A stretch of 64,000 nucleotides of DNA from a virus, in the IMG/VR virus record IMGVR_UViG_3300044716_000883, positions 32,001 through 96,000 of that record; one strand, given 5' to 3'. Each line of letters begins with the position of its first letter. Positions within the stretch are counted from its first letter, which is position 1. Positions 26,991 through 35,548 of this stretch are shown piece by piece. A program made the position numbers and the translations under genes. The notes beneath the pieces are model-generated. The model saw only the letters and a list, made by a program, of their open reading frames with translations, ran no database searches and was not told the DNA's origin.

Positions 26991-27245
26991 ATGTCAAAAA
27001 GTACAACAGTAAAAAACACAGGTAAAAGAGGTCGTCCAACAGTAAGTAATTCAGCTCGTCAAGCGCGTTTAGCAGCAAGAGCGGCTCGCGTAGCAGCGGG
27101 TGGTGAAGTAAAGCGTGGTAGACCCGCTAGTCAAGGTTCAGCACGTCAAGCGAAATTAGCAGCTCAAGCAGCTAGAATCGCAGCTGGTGAAACGATTAAG
27201 CGTGGTCGCCCAGCAAAAGCATTGATCGTTGAATCAGTAGCTTAA
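26991..27245 (+). CDS. small HMGA-like AT-hook protein (3 x KRGRP)
   Basis: GKRGRP, VKRGRP, IKRGRP separated by repeated SARQA(R/K)LAA..AR..AG. Confidence 0.85.
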   Translation: MSKSTTVKNTGKRGRPTVSNSARQARLAARAARVAAGGEVKRGRPASQGSARQAKLAAQAARIAAGETIKRGRPAKALIVESVA

Positions 27246-27299
27246 TTAAAGTGGGTGGGGCGTAGCTCCACCCATATATTTACCACACAAATAAAAGTT

Positions 27300-27485
27300 A
27301 TGATAAATATACTAATAGAATTTCTATTTGGGGTTAAAGTCGTGGGTGAACCAATCAACATGGAATATGGCGTTGAGCAACCTAAACGCACCGTACAACC
27401 TCCGTCTAAGTTACCCGAGTTCGAATGGTGTCAACACGTACGATTCGGAAGCCTACACAACGTAGTGCAACGCGTCCACTTGTAG
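27300..27485 (+). CDS. hypothetical protein
   Basis: AAAAGTTATG start after hairpin-promoter. Confidence 0.5.
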   Translation: MINILIEFLFGVKVVGEPINMEYGVEQPKRTVQPPSKLPEFEWCQHVRFGSLHNVVQRVHL

Positions 27486-27528
27486 GGCAATGTCCCGTTC
27501 ATATATTCACGGTATAAAATTAAATGAT

Positions 27529-27816
27529 ATGAATAAGAAAGAAATTAAGAACATGATTACAAGGACAGTATGTCAGTTCGTTAGTGATTTAGGTTACAGT
27601 GTTGACGATGATGGGTTTCATGGTTCATTAACATTCCAAAAACACGGCTCATCAATTGATGATTCAATCGAATGGAATCGTAGTTACCAAGATGCAATAT
27701 GCCTTAATTGGGCGAGCGATGAAGCTAAAGCCGATTGTGAGGCGATTAACGAGTATATGAAATCAATAATCATATATTGGGAAGCTCAATATACACCGAA
27801 ACGTGCCGTGGCATAG
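27529..27816 (+). CDS. hypothetical protein
   Basis: Follows promoter motif at 27485. Confidence 0.6.
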   Translation: MNKKEIKNMITRTVCQFVSDLGYSVDDDGFHGSLTFQKHGSSIDDSIEWNRSYQDAICLNWASDEAKADCEAINEYMKSIIIYWEAQYTPKRAVA

Positions 27817-27846
27817 TTCGGTTCGTATATTCACGGTATAAAATTA

Positions 27847-28095
27847 ATGAGTATGAAACAAAAGATGATTAAAGCGTACCACATCGAGCATGATGGATGC
27901 TATAGTAACATAGTAGTAATCAACACACATAAAGAACACGTTGATAATTACCACACTACGTTCTTCAAATTAGCAGACGCTAAACGTGAGTTATTGAGTA
28001 GCCTAAAGTTACATATAGATGAATACACATATGCTGCTAAACGTATTAGAGCGATTAATAACGAAACAGTACCTCAACGCGCTACGGCAGAGTAA
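27847..28095 (+). CDS. hypothetical protein
   Basis: Follows promoter motif at 27809. Confidence 0.6.
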   Translation: MSMKQKMIKAYHIEHDGCYSNIVVINTHKEHVDNYHTTFFKLADAKRELLSSLKLHIDEYTYAAKRIRAINNETVPQRATAE

Positions 28096-28131
28096 CAATC
28101 GTATATTCACGTCATGATAAAATTAAAACGT

Positions 28132-28332
28132 ATGAAACAAACAGTAAGTAAAACAGGTGCTGCGTTATTAGCAGTATGGGCAGTAGTAATGGTAGCAGTA
28201 ATAGTAATTGGAGCTGGATCAGACGGTCCGATTGATGGCCCTGAACTCATTAACGCATGGACGTTCTACGGGTTCGTATTAGGTTTACCTACAATATCAG
28301 TTGCAATGATGAGATGGGGTGGTCAGAAATAA
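28132..28332 (+). CDS. two-TM membrane protein
   Basis: Two hydrophobic helices. Confidence 0.6.
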   Translation: MKQTVSKTGAALLAVWAVVMVAVIVIGAGSDGPIDGPELINAWTFYGFVLGLPTISVAMMRWGGQK

Positions 28333-28363
28333 ACACATATATTCACGTCATAATAATAATGAT

Positions 28364-28594
28364 ATGAAACAAATAACAACACAACCAGTAGTAACATTTC
28401 AAGTAGGTGATCGCGTTCAATTCAACAGATCAATTAACGATCGAGGTATGAGTATGTGGTTAAACACTGAGTACGGTATCATAATTAAAATGAACAAAGT
28501 AACGGCGTTAGTTAAAACACAAACCGCAACGTGGAAAATAGACATAGATGAATTAACTCAATATGTTGATCCATTTAGCGGTTGGGCTGAGTAA
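28364..28594 (+). CDS. small SH3/KOW-like hypothetical protein
   Basis: FQVGDRVQF..YGIIIKMNKVTALV. Confidence 0.5.
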   Translation: MKQITTQPVVTFQVGDRVQFNRSINDRGMSMWLNTEYGIIIKMNKVTALVKTQTATWKIDIDELTQYVDPFSGWAE

Positions 28595-28630
28595 CGATCA
28601 TATATTCACGTCATGATAAAATTAAAACGT

Positions 28631-28825
28631 ATGGAATTAACATTACAAGAGTTAAATGAAGTGTATTACAGCTTAAATGTATTACTAAACGACAAAGATT
28701 CACATTTCGTTAATGTGGATGTAGTAACTAACCTGATAGATAAAATCGGTGATGAGATTGGACGTCTAGCTATGGATGAAGTAAATGAGGAAATAAACGA
28801 ATTAAAATTAACAGGTAAACTATAA
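28631..28825 (+). CDS. hypothetical protein
   Basis: Follows second copy of the 45-bp repeat. Confidence 0.55.
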   Translation: MELTLQELNEVYYSLNVLLNDKDSHFVNVDVVTNLIDKIGDEIGRLAMDEVNEEINELKLTGKL

Positions 28826-28995
28826 TTAAAGTATGAACACAAACGAATTAAAAGAACAACTACAACAGGACTTATTAAGTCTATTAGATGGAATGGGTAT
28901 TGAAGATACATTATCACCTAGTGATTATGAAAACCTCAAAAACGAAGTATGTGATATAGTAATTACTAACGTTAATAAATTAAAATAACCAGAGT

Positions 28996-29202
28996 ATGAA
29001 CGTAAACGAATTAATGAACATGAATGATATGTACTATGTAGGTAACATATACGATGTTGATGGTGATGGATGGGTATCGAAAGCGGAAGCACAAGCGATA
29101 TTAAATGAGATAGGCATGGGTGATGATAACTCAGGCGGATACGGTGACGAGTCACCAGATGAATACAAGCGCATGATGGCTACCGTGGGAATTAAAATCT
29201 AA
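28996..29202 (+). CDS. small acidic protein with EF-hand-like loop
   Basis: DVDGDGWVSKAEA matches an EF-hand loop pattern. Confidence 0.5.
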   Translation: MNVNELMNMNDMYYVGNIYDVDGDGWVSKAEAQAILNEIGMGDDNSGGYGDESPDEYKRMMATVGIKI

Positions 29203-29340
29203 TGGGCATGATGCTCGGGCATACAAAGTTCTGAAGGATCGGGTCGCTAGCGGTTGTTAGCGTCCCGATAGCGGTCTGACGACGGAATGCTCCCATGATA
29301 ATTGCGGTCCATCGACGGGCCGTGGTTGCGCACAAAAAAG
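29201..29340. other. GC-rich non-coding structured island
   Basis: Hairpins 29238-29269 and 29304-29323; GGGCAT/ATGCTC possible closing stem. Confidence 0.5.
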
Positions 29341-29675
29341 CTATGGGGATTTTCAACTCGCACACGATCTCTACGCCCCGACAGTATATACGCATATCCC
29401 CCATATTTATACCCGCATTTTCATTTAACCCATTTTGGAACCACTTGCGAAAACCTCAAAATCTCTTTTAAACAAAATTTTTTATGTCGAAAAAGTATAT
29501 ACAGGATTCATTGATGTTAACTAAAGAAGCATTCATCGAAGCGGCGTTACGTCAACAAACCGCGGAAGCCGCGCAATACGGATTAACACTTGATGAATGG
29601 CAACAAGCAATAATGAGTGGATCAGTTGTTCAGGCAAAACCTCCATCGGATATTTAACCAAACAAATAAAAGGTT

Positions 29676-29873
29676 ATGGAAATGTTCTTATTTTACGTGT
29701 TATTCAGCGGATTATTCATCGCTGGGTTCGTCAGTATACGCGAACACGAAAACAATCATCGTCACACACTACTTGATCTATCAATTAACTTTATCGGTGG
29801 TATATTATTCGGTTGGTTAATGCTACCGATAGTTGTAATAATTTATTTAGGACAAATTCGATTAAAAAAATAG
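29676..29873 (+). CDS. two-TM membrane protein
   Basis: Hydrophobic; AAAAGGTTATG leader. Confidence 0.55.
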   Translation: MEMFLFYVLFSGLFIAGFVSIREHENNHRHTLLDLSINFIGGILFGWLMLPIVVIIYLGQIRLKK

Positions 29874-30137
29874 TTTAAAACCACAAATCAAATGAAATTA
29901 ACTAATATCTTACTAGTTTTATTAGGTCATATGGCCTTAATTTACCTTCATCGCTATCGTATGTCTGTCGTTGGAATTAGCCCATTACAATTTATGGGAT
30001 TTATGCTATTACACGCGATATGGCATTTCTTTACTGCTAAACGTGCGTATATACGTATCTAAAGATTGGTGTTGGTAGCCACAAGACTATAATAGGGAGC
30101 GATGGCTTATTGCTGTTTGATATATTTATTGTAAACA

Positions 30138-30851
30138 ATGGCTACATTCAAAATAAAACTAGAAGACAAAGCTGCTTTTCTTAATCAAATGGAAAAAGCA
30201 GATGTTGAATTAAATACCAATCAAATGGTAGATAATGAGTTTAAGGGATATTTTGAAGTGACTATTGACGAACCAAAACAATTACAAATAGCTAAAGGTA
30301 TTTTAAAACAATCTCCAAAAATTAACACCATAAAAGAAATGGAAAATAACAAGAAAAAAATGACTAAAGACGAATTAAAAGAAATGGTTCGTCAAGAATT
30401 ACAAGCTGTATTAGCTGAAAAGAAAAAAGTTAAAGACGAAGACAAAGAAAAATTAGACGAGAACGAAGAAATTCTAGAAGAATCTCCTGCAGTTGAAATT
30501 TTATCTATCTTAGCTGGTGTTGCTGGTTTAGGTTTAGGTAGTGCGGCTATTATGAAAGCACAAGATGTTTTAAAAGCTAAAAAGCCAGAATTATTTAAGA
30601 AATTACAAGGTATCAGCGGTGCAATTGGTAAAGCAGATCCTTCTAAAAACTTAGAAGAAACTGAAGTAATTGAAGAATCTCCAGTAATGGATATCTTAGG
30701 TGTTTTAGCAGGTGTAGGTGGTTTAGGGTTAGGCAGTGCTGCTATCATGAAGTTACAAGATAAAATCAAACAAAAGAATCCAGAATTATACGCAAAATTA
30801 CAAAAGGCAAGTAGCGCTATTGGTGCAGCTGATCCTTCTAAGAAATTGTAA
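30138..30851 (+). CDS. putative virion/internal protein with duplicated ~60-aa glycine-zipper repeat
   Basis: EESP..ILxxLAGVxGLGLGSAAIMK...ADPSK twice; LxE sites; ATATTTAT upstream. Confidence 0.65.
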   Translation: MATFKIKLEDKAAFLNQMEKADVELNTNQMVDNEFKGYFEVTIDEPKQLQIAKGILKQSPKINTIKEMENNKKKMTKDELKEMVRQELQAVLAEKKKVKDEDKEKLDENEEILEESPAVEILSILAGVAGLGLGSAAIMKAQDVLKAKKPELFKKLQGISGAIGKADPSKNLEETEVIEESPVMDILGVLAGVGGLGLGSAAIMKLQDKIKQKNPELYAKLQKASSAIGAADPSKKL

Positions 30852-30876
30852 TAATTCACACATAATATAGAAAAGT

Positions 30877-30908
30877 AGGGTATCTTGAAAAAGATGCCCT
30901 TTTTCTTT
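30877..30908 (+). terminator. intrinsic terminator
   Basis: AGGGTATCTT-GAAA-AAGATGCCCT plus T run. Confidence 0.8.
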
Positions 30909-30945
30909 GGAGGTATAAAATCCCCTTCGTAACTTCCACCTACGC

Positions 30946-31003
30946 GGGTTGGGAAAAAGGGAATGGGGGAAATGGGAAAAACGGCGAGGGGTTGGGGAAC
31001 GGG
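30946..31003 (+). other. eight-G-tract polypurine segment (G-quadruplex-forming pattern)
   Basis: GGG-TT-GGG-AAAAA-GGG-AAT-GGGGG-AAAT-GGG-N11-GGGG-TT-GGGG-AAC-GGG. Confidence 0.75.
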
Positions 31004-31035
31004 AAAGCACATATATTTATATATAAACATATATT

Positions 31036-31233
31036 ATGAGATACAAAAATAACGTATTAGATAAATTAACACAATTAGAATCTACTATTACTAAAATTCA
31101 ATTCCAAGTAAATAGAGGAATGGATCAAGATCAAATTTTAGAGTCTATTGAAGATTTAAAAGAACAAGTAGAAAAAACACGTGAAATGATTTCTTTAGAA
31201 GGAGATGATTTTGCACAACAATTCGCTAGATAA
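31036..31233 (+). CDS. hypothetical coiled-coil protein
   Basis: 65 aa ORF after ATATTTAT. Confidence 0.6.
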   Translation: MRYKNNVLDKLTQLESTITKIQFQVNRGMDQDQILESIEDLKEQVEKTREMISLEGDDFAQQFAR

Positions 31234-31235
31234 TT

Positions 31236-31508
31236 ATGTGGTTAACATTATTAATTGTACATATTGTTGAGTTAGCTGTAGTTGGTGGTATATTACTAAT
31301 TAGACGTAATGCTGCGCTTGAAAAAGCAGTTGTTGAACAACGTCAATATATTGATGCTATTAGTATTATAATTGCTAATTCGGATGCTAAATTAAAGGAA
31401 TTAGATATTCAAGGTGCATTTGAAGCAGATGATGAAGTAGGAACATTCTTTAATAATTTAAAGGAAATCCAAACCATCATAAGTGATTTTAATAATTCTA
31501 GAAACTAG
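31236..31508 (+). CDS. membrane-anchored coiled-coil protein
   Basis: N-terminal TM; FEADDEVGTFF motif. Confidence 0.6.
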   Translation: MWLTLLIVHIVELAVVGGILLIRRNAALEKAVVEQRQYIDAISIIIANSDAKLKELDIQGAFEADDEVGTFFNNLKEIQTIISDFNNSRN

Positions 31509-31540
31509 TTTGGTTACGTAACTTTCCTTCCATATATTGG
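31509..31540 (+). promoter_or_regulatory. Bacteroidota-type housekeeping promoter candidate for the sigma gene
   Basis: TTTG-N20-TATATTGG versus consensus TTTG-N19-21-TAnnTTTG; similar TTTG-N20-TATATTAT at 47549-47580. Confidence 0.45.
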
Positions 31541-31561
31541 GAGTAAAATTAGGAAATCACT

Positions 31562-32338
31562 ATGTCATATTATGATAATTACGGTGCTGATATTTTCGCC
31601 GATGATGATAAATTAGCACTTACTAAACGAGGTAAACCGCGTAAGCGTAAACCAAAAGAACCTCGTATTTATTTCACTCAAGATACTGAAGACGCTATTG
31701 TAGAATATTTAGCTTGTATTGATCAAGCTGAACGTAATCGCATTTATAACGACCGTATTGAATATGGTTTTTATAAACTGTCCGAAAACATTATCCATAC
31801 ATTTAAGTTCTACTACACTGATACTGATACTATTGAGGAATTAAAGCACGAGGTAATTACATTCCTACTCGAAAAACTCCACTTATATAAACCTGAGAAG
31901 GGTAAAGCATTCTCTTATTTTGGTACTATTGCCAAACGCTATCTTATTGTATATAATGAAAATAACTACAAGAAACTTCAAGAAAAAGTTGATGTAGATG
32001 AATCTGATGAGGAACAAATGTCATTATATGAAAATGATAAGAATATTGAGAGTATGCTGGATGGTAATACATTCATGGATCAATATATTAGGTATATAGA
32101 CAAATATCTGTTTAAACTGTTCCCTAAAAAACAAGATGCTCAAACAGCAGATGCTATTGTTGAATTATTCCGCAAACGCGAAACATTAGAAATATTCAAT
32201 AAAAAAGCATTATACATTTATATACGCGAAATCACCGACGTATCTACTCCTCAGATTACTAAAATAATTAAAAAACTTAAATTAATATACGTTCAGCTAT
32301 ATAATGAATATTACGAGCACGGACATATAAAGATTTAG
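31562..32338 (+). CDS. phage RNA polymerase sigma factor (T4 gp55-like / sigma70 region 2)
   Basis: YFTQDTEDAIVEYL; IEELKHEVITFLLEKLHLYKPEKGKAFSYFGTIAKRYL. Confidence 0.75.
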   Translation: MSYYDNYGADIFADDDKLALTKRGKPRKRKPKEPRIYFTQDTEDAIVEYLACIDQAERNRIYNDRIEYGFYKLSENIIHTFKFYYTDTDTIEELKHEVITFLLEKLHLYKPEKGKAFSYFGTIAKRYLIVYNENNYKKLQEKVDVDESDEEQMSLYENDKNIESMLDGNTFMDQYIRYIDKYLFKLFPKKQDAQTADAIVELFRKRETLEIFNKKALYIYIREITDVSTPQITKIIKKLKLIYVQLYNEYYEHGHIKI

Positions 32339-32366
32339 TTATTTATATTTATTGATAAACGCATTT

Positions 32367-32750
32367 ATGGCAAATTTTGATGACGTGACAGTATTCGGTA
32401 GCACGTCTCTATCGGATCTGTTCAAACAAATACACAAGAATAATAAAGACATCGACAAACAAATCGGTGATTTTATTGATACTATGAAACCAATGGCGAC
32501 AGCTAACGCGGGTTCTGCAACAATGTTAATGCCTACTGTCAAGGATTTAATTGATGTTAACGTAAAAAATAACGAACAGCTAATTAAAATGGCAGCTATT
32601 GCGCAACGTGCAGCAACTGTTAGTAATAATTCGAATAACGAGCTTATTGATATGAGTGAGATTGAAGCTTTGTTGGCTGAACAGAAAGAAGTTCAAGAAC
32701 AAGGAAAAAAACTATTAGAACAAGCACCTGTTGTTGCAATAAATAACTAA
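32367..32750 (+). CDS. conserved hypothetical phage protein (helical)
   Basis: LSDLFKQI...DVNVKNNEQLIKMAAIAQR. Confidence 0.6.
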   Translation: MANFDDVTVFGSTSLSDLFKQIHKNNKDIDKQIGDFIDTMKPMATANAGSATMLMPTVKDLIDVNVKNNEQLIKMAAIAQRAATVSNNSNNELIDMSEIEALLAEQKEVQEQGKKLLEQAPVVAINN

Positions 32751-32751
32751 T

Positions 32752-33921
32752 ATGAAGTATACTATTGGATCAGCAAACTCTTTTAAAGGATTTGGAAATA
32801 ATAATTTCTCAAATATTCCACCTCCAACTACTGGTAGAGTATATGGTGTTGTTACAACTAAAGATACACCTACAAAAGCAATGTTTGAAAAAGTAGGTGG
32901 ATTTAATGCTATTGGTACTGTTTTTTATCTTAGTTACAATGAATCAATTGGTATTGCTGGACGTACAGATGATGCTTTTTTAGATGATTGTAATATTGCT
33001 AAACCATTATCATCTCAAATAGCAAATTATCCTGTATTAGGTGAATTAGTTAATATTTTAAACTTACCATCCTCAGATACTCAACAATCACCTTCTTCTA
33101 CTTTTCCATACTATACTCTTATAAATTTATGGAATAGTGTTCAACAAAATGCCCAACCAGCAAACTATGATGCTAATTTAGGAGTTACATTTGTTGAAAA
33201 CTCAAACATTAGATCACTACTACCTTTTGAAGGTGATTATATAATACAAGGTAGACAAGGTGGATCTATAAGATTTAGTTCTACAACAAAATTACATAGT
33301 GATTCGAATGAATGGAGTAGCATAGGAAATGAAGATAGCCCTATTACAATAGTAACAAACGGACTTAAATTTGATCCTAAGAAAAATTATTATGTTGAAC
33401 AAATAAATAAAGATGACTCTTCACTTTATCTAACATCAACACAACAATTACCATTACAAACAGATAAAACAGGAGTATTAAATCCACTTACTAATCCTAT
33501 TGATCCATCAAAATACTTTAATTCTCAAGCTATTTTAAATAGTGATAGAATTGTTTTAAATTCTAAGAAGGATGAAGTAATGTTGTTTGCTAAAACAAAT
33601 ATTGAGATAAGTACTAAAAATATTATTAACTTAAATGCTGATGATAGAGTACATCTTAATGGAGGGAAAGTTTTTTTAGGTACTGTAAATAATCAATTGC
33701 CAACTGAAAATATAGTATTGGGTGGTAAATTACACGATTTATTACTTAATCTGATGGATTCACTACATGAATTCGGAACTGGCCTTTCAAGTGTTGTTGG
33801 TAGTCCTGAAGGAACACCAGCTACCGATATAATAACTGCTGCTAGGGGTTTATGTACTTCAATTGATAGAATTGAAAAGGATTTAGAAGGAATTTTATCA
33901 CAACAAAACTTTACAGCGTAA
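32752..33921 (+). CDS. baseplate hub/central spike protein (gp5/VgrG-like)
   Basis: LLPFEGD.IIQGR.G.SIRF; LNSDRIVLNSK..; beta-helix-like C-terminal repeats; position before gp25. Confidence 0.65.
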   Translation: MKYTIGSANSFKGFGNNNFSNIPPPTTGRVYGVVTTKDTPTKAMFEKVGGFNAIGTVFYLSYNESIGIAGRTDDAFLDDCNIAKPLSSQIANYPVLGELVNILNLPSSDTQQSPSSTFPYYTLINLWNSVQQNAQPANYDANLGVTFVENSNIRSLLPFEGDYIIQGRQGGSIRFSSTTKLHSDSNEWSSIGNEDSPITIVTNGLKFDPKKNYYVEQINKDDSSLYLTSTQQLPLQTDKTGVLNPLTNPIDPSKYFNSQAILNSDRIVLNSKKDEVMLFAKTNIEISTKNIINLNADDRVHLNGGKVFLGTVNNQLPTENIVLGGKLHDLLLNLMDSLHEFGTGLSSVVGSPEGTPATDIITAARGLCTSIDRIEKDLEGILSQQNFTA

Positions 33922-35168
33922 TGGCAAATAATTTAAATGTAGGATCTGTAGTTTCTCCTGATGTTTTAAAAACAATATCTGCATCAACAGCAATTAAAAC
34001 TTTTGGTGATCAGTTAAAGGATAAAGCTAAAGAAAAAGTTGTAGCTGTTATTAGAGATAAAGCTGGAGAATTAGCATCTAATCTTGAACAAGTAATTAAA
34101 GATGAATACCAAGCTGGAATTGATCATAATAATGAATTAAAAAGACTAGAAACATTATATCAGCAAGGACAAATTCCTACTAAAGAAGAATATGATAAAG
34201 CTGTTTTAGCAGAAAATGAGGCTTATAAAAAACAACAAGAATCTTTTGATCTTCAAAAGAAAAAAATAAACAAGGATATAAATGATATTAATCTAGATCC
34301 AGAAAAAAAAATAAAAGAAGATAGAAAAAAAAGAAAAGCACAAAGGCAAGAAAAACGAGCAAAAAATAAAGCTAGAGATACTCAAGCAAAAAGAGATCTT
34401 AATAAAAAAGTAATAAAAAATGCTAAAAAAACTTTAGCCCCTATTATAGGATTACAAATCGCTAATCAACTTTCTTCTATTATATCTCAAAGATCAAAAT
34501 TAGAAGAATTAGTAGATCAAGTAAATACTTATATTGATACAGCTAATACTCCTGAAACCACCACTATTGCTACTAATTTAAGAAATAATACTATTACTTT
34601 GATTAATAGCAGTATAGATAAATTACAAAATCTACAAACTATATTAAATCAGATAAATACATATCTAGCTATATTTAATGCTATTGTAACAGTATTATCT
34701 GCCATCCCAATACCAACCTCAGTACCTCCTGGTGTTGGTATTCCCGTTAATATAATTACTAGGATTGTTAATACTATTGAAAAAGCTAATAAATTAGTAT
34801 CTGCATTAAATGTGGTATTGGCTGTTGCTACAATAGCATTGGAAAATGAGGTAAATAAACTAAATGAATTAATACTAAAATTAAAAAATATTAATTTAGA
34901 TGGATTAAATAGTCAACAATTATCTGATCTTACTTCATCTATATATAATAATGTGGATCAATTTCCACCATATAAAGGATTTAAATTTAAAATTAAAGAA
35001 GAACAAAATCAAGCATTTGTTGTTAAAGGCAATAAACGCCGCTACGCAGTTGCGACTAATCGTGACGGTGTAGAGGTTTTAAAAAGCGATTTTTCATTTA
35101 CGCTAGATCCCAATGATCTAGTAGACCAATTGAAACTAATTATTGATCAACGAAATTTACAAGGATAA
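33921..35168 (+). CDS. coiled-coil hypothetical protein in baseplate module
   Basis: 415 aa; IPIPTSVPPGVGIP motif. Confidence 0.6.
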   Translation: MANNLNVGSVVSPDVLKTISASTAIKTFGDQLKDKAKEKVVAVIRDKAGELASNLEQVIKDEYQAGIDHNNELKRLETLYQQGQIPTKEEYDKAVLAENEAYKKQQESFDLQKKKINKDINDINLDPEKKIKEDRKKRKAQRQEKRAKNKARDTQAKRDLNKKVIKNAKKTLAPIIGLQIANQLSSIISQRSKLEELVDQVNTYIDTANTPETTTIATNLRNNTITLINSSIDKLQNLQTILNQINTYLAIFNAIVTVLSAIPIPTSVPPGVGIPVNIITRIVNTIEKANKLVSALNVVLAVATIALENEVNKLNELILKLKNINLDGLNSQQLSDLTSSIYNNVDQFPPYKGFKFKIKEEQNQAFVVKGNKRRYAVATNRDGVEVLKSDFSFTLDPNDLVDQLKLIIDQRNLQG

Positions 35169-35181
35169 AATATTTATAATT

Positions 35182-35547
35182 ATGAACACTAAAGCATTTA
35201 AAAGACTAATTAAAGAAGCCGTAATCGATGCTATTCATGAAGAGTTACCATACATTCTTGAAGAGCACATGGCTAAACAAGAGAAAAAATCATTGCGTGA
35301 AAACAGAACAATGAGTTTTACTAGCGCCGATGTAATGACAGGAGCAGGCAACCCAGACGTTAGATCGTCACTTCGTAGTAAAATGGGTGAAGCATTTGGG
35401 TTTCAACAACCACAACAACAGTTAAAAGTAATTGATGCTGTTGATGAAGCTACAGGTGAAAGGGTAAATCCATTCGCTGCGTTTATTGCTGATGCTGCTG
35501 CTAACATGACATCAATGGATAAATCAGGATTAAGAAATTTAGATTAA
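35182..35547 (+). CDS. hypothetical protein with FKRLIKEAV leader
   Basis: Start after ATATTTAT 35170. Confidence 0.6.
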   Translation: MNTKAFKRLIKEAVIDAIHEELPYILEEHMAKQEKKSLRENRTMSFTSADVMTGAGNPDVRSSLRSKMGEAFGFQQPQQQLKVIDAVDEATGERVNPFAAFIADAAANMTSMDKSGLRNLD

Positions 35548-35548
35548 T

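Larger units (their letters stand above)
28090..28633 (+). repeat. 45-bp direct repeat pair (28090-28134 and 28589-28633), 43/45 identical
   Basis: GAGTAAC(A/G)ATC(G/A)TATATTCACGTCATGATAAAATTAAAACGTATG covers promoter, leader and start codon. Confidence 0.9.

Noticed and set aside
10998-28100. GGCA box as a sigma54 (-24/-12) promoter
   Set aside because: No TTGC at the fixed -12 spacing; the downstream element is TAKATTYA 10-11 nt away
10990-28633. Repeated motif with variable intervening sequence as a CRISPR-like array
   Set aside because: Spacing is hundreds of bp, intervals are ORFs, copies are degenerate and no cas genes are present; it fits promoters
29217-29280. c-di-GMP-I riboswitch resemblance (GGGTCGC...GATAGCGG)
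   Set aside because: Lacks the GGCAAA...GAAA tetraloop/receptor and CCTAAA elements
29274-29335. Hammerhead ribozyme (CTGACGA core)
   Set aside because: No matching GAAA and stem II/III arrangement found by eye
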